Positions 17,728 through 24,720 of a stretch of DNA of 24,720 nucleotides are shown in pieces. Each line of letters opens with the position of its first letter. Within the stretch, counting starts at the first letter, position 1. The DNA is from Candidatus Helarchaeota ASGARD archaeon Hel_GB_B (GTDB lineage Archaea > Asgardarchaeota > Lokiarchaeia > Helarchaeales > HEL-GB-B): assembly GCA_005191425.1 (NCBI GenBank), contig SUPR01000049.1:1-24720 (forward strand), in the 5' to 3' direction. The translations under genes and the position numbers were made by a program. The notes under the pieces were generated by a model. The model had not been told where the DNA came from and made no database searches. It worked only from the letters and a program-made list of their open reading frames with translations.

Positions 17728-18009
17728 TTAAAGTACCATTACAACTTTTCCAGTTTTTGGGTCAATATAGACAGTTTTTACGCTATCTTCTGGGATTCCA
17801 ATAGTAGTTTTCATAGCTTTTACCGAAATTAGACCTTCTTTTATATCAGCATCTTTTAAACCTTGAAGTTTAGGGGTTTCCTTCATAATTCTTTCCACTT
17901 CATTTTTGTCCAAATTTCGAACGGTAATTTTTGCATCTGGATTTTTCTCAATAAAATCTTTAAAAACATCATTTGCTTTTGCATTTTCAATTATAGTATC
18001 ATTATCCAT
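17728..18009 (-). CDS. Small hypothetical protein
   Basis: 93-aa ATG-started ORF with protein-like composition; the C-terminal VYIDPKTGKVV resembles a PepSY-type hairpin. Confidence 0.6.
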   Translation of the reverse strand: MDNDTIIENAKANDVFKDFIEKNPDAKITVRNLDKNEVERIMKETPKLQGLKDADIKEGLISVKAMKTTIGIPEDSVKTVYIDPKTGKVVMVL

Positions 18010-18118
18010 TTGATTTCACCAAATTTTTATATAACTAATAATTTCAAAAGAAACTATTAATTCATTAACTAAAGATATTTTTTATTTTCGATATTTAAAT
18101 AATATTAGTATTTTATAA

Positions 18119-18145
18119 AAATTACTAAAAATTTTTGAGTAATTT
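18119..18145. other. 27-bp near-perfect palindrome (aaattact aaaaattttt g agtaattt)
   Basis: 8-bp arms plus a self-complementary core with a single G bulge, between two minus-strand genes. Could be a terminator hairpin or an operator. Confidence 0.45.
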
Positions 18146-18172
18146 AAATTAAAAAATAAAAAGATTGGTAGT

Positions 18173-19684
18173 TTATTCAATTTTAACTTTATCCGGATGG
18201 GATTTAACATATTCTAGAATTAATTCAGCCGTTTCTAATCCACTTTGAGCAGATAATTCGGTGCCAATTCCTATAGAACCTGTATCGGCGCCTACAATAT
18301 ATAAACCTTCAATAGGTGTTTCAGGTTTAGGTCTATTTTTTCCAACTTGTCCAACTGATTGAGCAATACCGACCATATCAGACTCGAATCTACCAGTCCA
18401 TTCTTTAATATTATCGCCTACAGTTATATCAATAAATATTTTATGCTCATATACACCAGGAATATATTTTTCAACTGCTCTAAGGTTATAATCGATCCAA
18501 TCATCGAGGTGTTTACTATTTATGGCGCAAGGTCCAATCGCATTAATAAGTTGCATTCCAGGCGGTGCAAGAGATTTGTCCATATTACTTGGGATTGTAA
18601 TATAATAAAGCCCTGGTCGATCGGGGACAACATCACGAGCCTTAAAATCAAGAATTTCACGAAAACTTAGAGATTGGGGAATAACAAGAATAACAGGAGA
18701 ATCAGTTAATTTTTTATCAACACCAATTTTTAAGCTGACTACCCCGTAATCGCGTCCACCTTCGCTATAAATTAATTCTTTTACTCTTTTTATATAGTCC
18801 TTTGGAAATTTATCTTCTCCCACTAGTCCTAAAACTGTTTCCTTAATACCCGCATTACTAACAATAATTGGAGCTTCGTATTGAGTTCCATCATCCAATT
18901 CAATAATTTTGTTATAATTATCGACAATAATTTTTACTATTTTAGCGTTAGTTTTGACTATGCCATTATTTTTTCGTACTACATTGGCGAATCCATTACT
19001 AATTGCTATTGAGCCACCAATTGGATAACCAGTATTTCCAGCCTTAAACCATTTAGACAAATTACGAATCGAATCTCCTGCCGATGCACCGGGATATACT
19101 TTTCCTTTATGTTCAATAGAAAAGGGCATGTGGACGTTCATCATTATACAAAGTGAATGTAAAATATAGAGTAATTTTTGATTAGAAACTAAAGAATTAA
19201 CCCATTCATCAAATTCAATATCATCAAGAGCATGAGATTTTCTTTTAGTTATAGAAAAAATAACATCAAATACTTTTAATATACCACTCATTTCTTCGTC
19301 AGTAGCGCCAGTTGCTCGTTGTAAATCAGACATATTACTCGGTTGTAGAAATGGAGGTAAAGGTGCACCTATAGGTATATCATCAAGAAATCCTAACGGT
19401 GGATTTTCAAAAGTTGGGTGAAACCATCGAATAGCATCAGGTTCACCGCATTTTTCTAAGATTTTTCCAAACGGACCTTTTTCACAACGACAAAAATAAT
19501 GGACATATTTGTCAATAATCCATTTTTCGCCATTTACGGTTTTGGTATAGGAAGTACATCTTCCACCTAAAACGGGGTTTTTCTCTAATAAAATAGTTTT
19601 TAGGCCTGCACTTGCTAAAATTGCAGCACAGCCTGCACCTCCTGTCCCGGATCCTATAACAATAACATTAAATTTCTCGACCAT
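18173..19684 (-). CDS. FAD-dependent oxidoreductase, phytoene desaturase-like family (COG1233-type)
   Basis: VIVIGSGTGG (GxGxxG), LEKNPVLGGRCTS, YPIGG, VSNAG, SLAPPG, ETPIEGLYIVGAD...GIG. Confidence 0.88.
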   Translation of the reverse strand: MVEKFNVIVIGSGTGGAGCAAILASAGLKTILLEKNPVLGGRCTSYTKTVNGEKWIIDKYVHYFCRCEKGPFGKILEKCGEPDAIRWFHPTFENPPLGFLDDIPIGAPLPPFLQPSNMSDLQRATGATDEEMSGILKVFDVIFSITKRKSHALDDIEFDEWVNSLVSNQKLLYILHSLCIMMNVHMPFSIEHKGKVYPGASAGDSIRNLSKWFKAGNTGYPIGGSIAISNGFANVVRKNNGIVKTNAKIVKIIVDNYNKIIELDDGTQYEAPIIVSNAGIKETVLGLVGEDKFPKDYIKRVKELIYSEGGRDYGVVSLKIGVDKKLTDSPVILVIPQSLSFREILDFKARDVVPDRPGLYYITIPSNMDKSLAPPGMQLINAIGPCAINSKHLDDWIDYNLRAVEKYIPGVYEHKIFIDITVGDNIKEWTGRFESDMVGIAQSVGQVGKNRPKPETPIEGLYIVGADTGSIGIGTELSAQSGLETAELILEYVKSHPDKVKIE

Positions 19685-20007
19685 TTTACTTCACGATTTT
19701 TTTATTAAGACCATTAAAATTTTATTACGTTAAAATTTAATACTTTAAATTGGTTATTTAGATTAATTTATATTTATTTATTATTCAATTTTGTATTGAT
19801 TAGTATTGCAATCTACTTAATTATTTTCCAGTAAAATTTTTACATTTAATTTATTAATTTTTCACCTAATAAATATTTGAAATAAGGTTAATATTTTAAT
19901 AAATAAGTCATAGTTATTCATTAAGAATCACTTAAAAATTTGAAATAAATAAAAATTAAAAAATGAGTTATTAATTTTACAAATTAGGTAAAATTAAGGA
20001 TGAACAA

Positions 20008-20958
20008 ATGTCGACAGGTGCATTAATAAATAAACTACTTGAATTATATGTATCAATGTTCCCAATTAAAGCAGCTGCAGTAGTAGATAAAGATGGACTA
20101 ATAATTGGGTCAGTTTTAAGTCCGCAAGTTAAAGCCGATGATTTAGCAATAGGGGCAGTTACTACTTTAATTCAATCAGTAGCCGAGAGGATGAAAAAGG
20201 AATTAAAAATGACTAGTAGGTTTGGGACATCAATAATAGATACAGAAGATGGCAAGGTAATTTTAGTAAATATTGGAAATAGTGGCTCTTTGACGACCAT
20301 TGCCGAATTAACCGTAGATACTGATTTAATTTTGTCCATTGCATATATTGTTGTGGAAAAATTAGTCCAAATAATTGAGGACGAAATCTATGATATTGAA
20401 ATAAAATTACCCGATTTATCTTCAAAAACGCAAAAATATTCATATAAAATGTGTATTCTTGGAGATGGTGGAGTTGGGAAAACAACTCTTTTGACAACAT
20501 TTATAAAAGGTATTGACAGGTTTAAACAAGATTATAAGGCGACAATTGGAGCAAATATTATGAGTAAAGACTATAAATTAATGGAAAATCTTGTCGTCTC
20601 ATTGAATATTTGGGATTTAGCTGGACAGTTTGATTATTTTTATAAAAGTCGTCAATTATACTTAGCAGGAAGTCAAGCTATAGTACTTGTCTATGATGCA
20701 ACTCGACCTGAGACTTTTAATAATATCAAAAAATGGTATGATGAAGTAATTAAATTTGTAGATAAAGATAAAGTCGAGTTTTTATTAATTGGAAATAAAA
20801 TTGATTTGGAAGACCAAATAAAAATTACTTATGAACAAGGAAAAGAATTAAGTAAAACGCTAAAAATGCCATTTATCCAAACGTCCGCAAAAAATGGTAA
20901 TAATGTAGATAGAGCATTTGGTTCACTTGCATATAATTTGATCAAAAATATAAAGTGA
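20008..20958 (+). CDS. Roadblock/LC7 domain fused to a Rab-like small GTPase
   Basis: N-terminal AAAVVDKDGLIIGS Roadblock pattern. G1 GDGGVGKT, G2 ATIG, G3 WDLAGQ, G4 GNKID, G5 TSAK; Rab-like LVYDAT. No C-terminal Cys. Confidence 0.9.
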   Translation: MSTGALINKLLELYVSMFPIKAAAVVDKDGLIIGSVLSPQVKADDLAIGAVTTLIQSVAERMKKELKMTSRFGTSIIDTEDGKVILVNIGNSGSLTTIAELTVDTDLILSIAYIVVEKLVQIIEDEIYDIEIKLPDLSSKTQKYSYKMCILGDGGVGKTTLLTTFIKGIDRFKQDYKATIGANIMSKDYKLMENLVVSLNIWDLAGQFDYFYKSRQLYLAGSQAIVLVYDATRPETFNNIKKWYDEVIKFVDKDKVEFLLIGNKIDLEDQIKITYEQGKELSKTLKMPFIQTSAKNGNNVDRAFGSLAYNLIKNIK

Positions 20959-20975
20959 TGAGGAATTAATATATA

Positions 20976-21614
20976 ATGGATAATTTTAGAGAATATGAAG
21001 TAATGATCCCAATTTTTAATGTCGATGAAATAACTAAAAAGTTTATTAAAAACGGAGCGAAAATAATTAAGCAAGTTTATCAAATTGATGAATATTATGA
21101 TTATAGACCTTTAAAATTGTCCAAACAAGACGAACTTCTTAGAATTAGAAGTGAATTTGATCAACAATTTAAAAATTTCATAAATGGAGAATTTTCATGG
21201 AAATCAAGTAGAAGAGGGGTCGAAAAATTTTATGAAGTTAGAGATGATATTTCAATTACTATTAATAACGAGAATAGTTTAATTTTACTAAAAAAGTTAT
21301 TAACAAAATTAAATATTGAAATAATAGCAAAATTGGAGAAAATTCGAGACCGATGGACATTAAATTATAAAAGTAATAATATTGATTTTGAATTCGATAA
21401 AAAAATTATTGCTATGGGAGCTGGCAAGCCAAAAAAAGATATTGGACCATATCTTCAAGCTACCATTGAAACATCTGAAAATATTTCTGATGATTATGCT
21501 AAAAAAATTCTATGGGATGTCCTACAGTCTAAATTCGGGTTTAATATTAAAGATTTTGAACCAAGGAGTTATATTGAAATATTTTTAGGTGTTAAAAAAC
21601 CTTTTAAAATTTGA
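20976..21614 (+). CDS. CYTH-domain (class IV adenylate cyclase / triphosphate tunnel) protein, divergent
   Basis: EYEV at the N-terminus, QIDEYYD, LLRIR, WK, YEV, LEKIRDRW, IGPYL, RSYIEI at the C-terminus. Confidence 0.75.
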   Translation: MDNFREYEVMIPIFNVDEITKKFIKNGAKIIKQVYQIDEYYDYRPLKLSKQDELLRIRSEFDQQFKNFINGEFSWKSSRRGVEKFYEVRDDISITINNENSLILLKKLLTKLNIEIIAKLEKIRDRWTLNYKSNNIDFEFDKKIIAMGAGKPKKDIGPYLQATIETSENISDDYAKKILWDVLQSKFGFNIKDFEPRSYIEIFLGVKKPFKI

Positions 21615-21751
21615 TCATAATCTATTCAAACTTTTTTTATAGATGATATTCGAAGATTAAATAAATATTATTTTTTGACAAAATTCAAATAGGTAAACTT
21701 ATTAGAAATATAAATACTCCATTCCATTAAAATATATTATGAGGAATAATA

Positions 21752-23173
21752 ATGGGAATTTTAAAGAATTCAATACCGGATGAAATTTTAAAAGCATTTG
21801 ACCAAAAGTATGGTTTTTCTTTACTCATAAAAGGGGATGCAGGGACAGGTAAAACTACATTTGCACTAGAAATATTAGCTCGAAAGCAAAATGCATTCTA
21901 TATTTCAAGCAGAGTTACTCCTATGTCATTATACAATCAATTTCCTTGGATAAGGAATATTCCAAAAGAAAACATAATAGATGGGACGCAAATTGACCTA
22001 CAATATACCGGAATTACAAAAAAGGAAGCAATTTTGAATGCAGTCAGATTTAGAAATATACCGGATTTTATTAAATTAATCTATCATAAAGCTGAAGAAT
22101 CAAAAAACGGTGAAAAAATAACAATTGTAGTAGATTCATGGGACGCAATTTTAGGTGCAATAGTCCAAGAGTGGGAGAAAAAGAATTTACCAGGTAGTAA
22201 TGAAACTATTTTAGCTGAATTAACTAGACAGCTTAATATAAATCTAATTTTAATAGTTGAAACGAACGAGAAATCATTTTTAGACTATATTGTGGACGGA
22301 ATTATCACAATGGAAAAAATTGAATTTAATTCAAGGAGGATGAGAATTTTAACTATTGAAAAATTAAGAGGAATTACTATCAAAAATTTTAAATATCTTT
22401 TTACTTTGAAAGATGGTAGGTTTCATTGCTTTACACCAGAATATAGGATATTTAAGTTAATAGATAAAATAAAGATTCAACCTAAAAGTTTGAAAGATAA
22501 ATTAAATACAGGTATTAAGGATTTTGATGAATTAATTGGTGGAGGATTCCCATTAGGGTCTAAAAATATATTTATCTTGGGAGAAAATATTGGTAAGGAT
22601 TATTTGATATTACTTAATCCATTAATAATTAATCAAATTGAAAATTATAAACCAGTAATTCATATTCCTTCATTTGAATACAACTCTTCAAACATCAACA
22701 TATTAACAAAAATAACTAAAAATCCAAAAATTTTTGATTATTACAAAATATTTGAAAAAAATTCTCTGGATGATCAATCTCCTAACGAATACAAAAAACA
22801 AGAATCAGACTTAATTTCTAATGTTAAACAATATTTTCAATTATGTAAAAAAGATGAAAAAACGCCAATTCTTTTTATTTATAGTATAGATATATTAGAA
22901 ACAATTTATGGACATGATTTATTATATAAAAATTTAGTAAACTTATGGAATGATATCAAAGATATTCCTCATGTAGAGATTATTATAATAAAGTGTTATC
23001 AAAAATCTTCAATTGAACTCACGTATTTGGCAGAATATTTGTTTAATATTTTAAAATTTCAAGATAATTTAGTCCTTTATGGTAATATACCCAATACAGG
23101 ACTTTTTTGCGTGGAATTGGAAGATTTAGAAAAAACTAAAACTAAAAAATTAAAGTTAACGCCAATATTATAG
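21752..23173 (+). CDS. Tandem RAD55/KaiC-like (GvpD-like) P-loop ATPase
   Basis: Domain 1: GFSLLIKGDAGTGKTT, IVVDSWD, DYIVDGIITM, IEKLRG. Domain 2: TGIKDFDELIGGGFPLG with a degenerate Walker A (GENIGKD). Confidence 0.85.
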   Translation: MGILKNSIPDEILKAFDQKYGFSLLIKGDAGTGKTTFALEILARKQNAFYISSRVTPMSLYNQFPWIRNIPKENIIDGTQIDLQYTGITKKEAILNAVRFRNIPDFIKLIYHKAEESKNGEKITIVVDSWDAILGAIVQEWEKKNLPGSNETILAELTRQLNINLILIVETNEKSFLDYIVDGIITMEKIEFNSRRMRILTIEKLRGITIKNFKYLFTLKDGRFHCFTPEYRIFKLIDKIKIQPKSLKDKLNTGIKDFDELIGGGFPLGSKNIFILGENIGKDYLILLNPLIINQIENYKPVIHIPSFEYNSSNINILTKITKNPKIFDYYKIFEKNSLDDQSPNEYKKQESDLISNVKQYFQLCKKDEKTPILFIYSIDILETIYGHDLLYKNLVNLWNDIKDIPHVEIIIIKCYQKSSIELTYLAEYLFNILKFQDNLVLYGNIPNTGLFCVELEDLEKTKTKKLKLTPIL

Positions 23174-23269
23174 AAGGGGTTATTAAAATCAATGAAAAAA
23201 TTTTTTAAATTCAAAAAAAATTTAAAAAACGATAAGATTTAAGTTTTCGAATTAAAATTTATCGGAGAT

Positions 23270-24433
23270 TTGTTGAGGTCGATGAATGGAAAAAGTAAGG
23301 ATTGGAAAAATATTATTATACTATTTGTTATAATAATTTCTGTGATAATAATTTTTTATTTGCTTGAATATTTCAATATAATAAATCCAATTACCGCAAT
23401 CCAGCAATTTTTAATTACTATTTGTATTTATATATTAATGCTTAGCATCACTCTATTTTTTGTTAAGAAGACAAGTTCTTTTAAAATTATTGGGCTTAAT
23501 AAAGAAAATGTTCTTAAAAATGTCGGAATTGGCGTTTTAGGTTCATCAGGATTTTTAATTGCATCATTACTCTTTGGACACACTCCTATCTATCAAATAC
23601 AAGAACTTTTAATTTTATTAGTATTAGTAATACTTATTGGAATTACAGAAGAAATTATATTTCGCGGTTATATACAAGCAAAATTAAATAAATATTATAA
23701 ATCAATTTTTGCGATTTTAATATCTTCCTTGTTTTTTGCATTAGCGCATATGCCTAGAATGTTATTTGAATTAGGATTTTTAGGAATTATCGGTATGATT
23801 TCATATACAGTAATTGGTCTAATATTCGGTTATTATAAAAGGTTTTTAAATAATTTATTGGGTATTATTATTCTCCACGCATTTTGGGATTATTGGATTT
23901 TAATATTTGTTTCAATAAATAATATTTTTTCACTCCCAGAACTTGAATTGTTAAATTTATTAATATATTTATTAACAGCTGAATTGCTTTCCTTCGGTCT
24001 TTTATTACTAGGGTTATTTTTAAGTTGGAAATTCATTGACCATACAGAATTTGATTTTTATGAATTAAAAAAGATATTAAATAATAGGCTTAACAAATTA
24101 GAAAAAAAGATAACATCTTTAAATTTAAAAGTTGAAATATCTCCAGAAAATCAAAAATATAAATTTGAAATAAAATTAGATGAACATTTAAAAAATAAGT
24201 TTAAAGAAATTCTGGACAAATTATCGATTGAAAATATTAGAGAATTAAAAAATCTCTATATCTATGAATCCAAATTAAAAGTCCTTTTATTCAGATATTA
24301 TTTTGCTACTCCTGCCTTAAAAACAATTTTTGAACGCAAAATAAGATATTTAAAAAATAAATTAAAAATAGAAAACGAAGAAAAATTTGATTTAAGTAAG
24401 ATTAATGACGATTTTGATTTAGAAAATATATAA
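23270..24433 (+). CDS. CPBP family (Rce1-like/Abi) intramembrane glutamic protease with a soluble C-terminal extension
   Basis: TEEIIFRG (EExxxR), LFFALAH (FxxxH), ILHAFWD (HxxxD/N); ~130-aa charged helical tail. Confidence 0.88.
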   Translation: MLRSMNGKSKDWKNIIILFVIIISVIIIFYLLEYFNIINPITAIQQFLITICIYILMLSITLFFVKKTSSFKIIGLNKENVLKNVGIGVLGSSGFLIASLLFGHTPIYQIQELLILLVLVILIGITEEIIFRGYIQAKLNKYYKSIFAILISSLFFALAHMPRMLFELGFLGIIGMISYTVIGLIFGYYKRFLNNLLGIIILHAFWDYWILIFVSINNIFSLPELELLNLLIYLLTAELLSFGLLLLGLFLSWKFIDHTEFDFYELKKILNNRLNKLEKKITSLNLKVEISPENQKYKFEIKLDEHLKNKFKEILDKLSIENIRELKNLYIYESKLKVLLFRYYFATPALKTIFERKIRYLKNKLKIENEEKFDLSKINDDFDLENI

Positions 24434-24486
24434 TATAAAAAAAAGGATAAAATTCAAGATTTTATCAAATATAAATATCATTTTTC

Positions 24487-24720
24487 TTAATAAACTTCAT
24501 AATCAGCGTCTACTACATCATCTTCTTGTGTGGCACTTGCTTGTCTTGAATAATCGTCATCGGCATTATATTCTCCATTGTTATATGAATTTTGTTGCTG
24601 TTCATATTGATATGGATTTTGATATCCTTGTTGGTAATTTGTTTGTGTTTGATATATTTTCTGAGATAATTCATGCATTATATTAGTCAAGTCGTCCATT
24701 GCATTTTTTATTTTATTTAT
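24487..24720 (-). CDS. dnaK: 3' end of the Hsp70 chaperone DnaK (truncated by the window edge)
   Basis: The frame is open to the window edge: INKIKNAMDDLTNIMHELSQKIYQ ... DDVVDADYEVY, matching the DnaK lid end and acidic terminal motif. Confidence 0.8.
   Translation of the reverse strand: MNKIKNAMDDLTNIMHELSQKIYQTQTNYQQGYQNPYQYEQQQNSYNNGEYNADDDYSRQASATQEDDVVDADYEVY

Noticed and set aside
241-21588. Short opposite-strand or nested ORFs in the track (241-462, 2085-2381, 3514-3753, 5231-5449, 5371-5604, 5531-5722, 7210-7413, 8470-8688, 9720-9914, 10022-10204, 12676-12870, 15899-16153, 17863-18060, 18359-18670, 20213-20500, 20829-21083, 21382-21588)
   Set aside because: They overlap well-supported genes, lack motifs and have shadow-ORF composition.
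21752-23173. Circadian KaiC or gas-vesicle GvpD function
   Set aside because: The second domain lacks a functional P-loop and I recognised no KaiC phosphosite motif. No kaiA/kaiB or gvp structural genes are in the window.
20008-24433. Eukaryote-style prenylation of the Rab-like GTPase processed by the CPBP (CAAX) protease
   Set aside because: The GTPase ends in YNLIKNIK with no C-terminal cysteine, so it cannot be a CaaX/CC substrate.
1-24720. tRNA, rRNA or integrase-bounded prophage/genomic island
   Set aside because: No cloverleaf, rRNA-like GC-rich tract, integrase or att-like repeat was recognised by eye.

Overview
This is a very AT-rich archaeal chromosomal window, most likely from an Asgard archaeon. 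That assignment is an inference from the Roadblock-Rab-like GTPase fusion, a second Roadblock protein, a eukaryote-like PPP phosphatase, archaeal Thi4/ThiN and AroA'. The left part is mostly metabolic: a polyprenol-kinase-like gene, a radical SAM/SPASM protein, thi4-thiN, an FAA hydrolase, ADH synthase and an RlmI-like methyltransferase. It also holds a divergent HipA/PI4K-like kinase and PPP phosphatase pair. The middle is a small decaying accessory zone with a broken ORF, an MNT-HEPN pair whose toxin lacks its catalytic His, a 72-bp tandem duplication, and a dead ~1.8-kb IS5-like element with recognisable terminal inverted repeats and a TATA target duplication. The IS ends just upstream of a promoter carrying a DtxR/IdeR-like 19-bp operator. 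That promoter precedes a three-gene surface protein / ECF S-component / transcobalamin-like (DUF4430) cluster, a candidate metal-regulated tetrapyrrole scavenging system. The right part has an FAD oxidoreductase, a signalling-type cluster (Roadblock-Rab GTPase, degenerate CYTH, tandem RAD55/KaiC-like ATPase, CPBP protease) and the 3' end of dnaK. All family calls come from motif recognition by eye; no searches were run.
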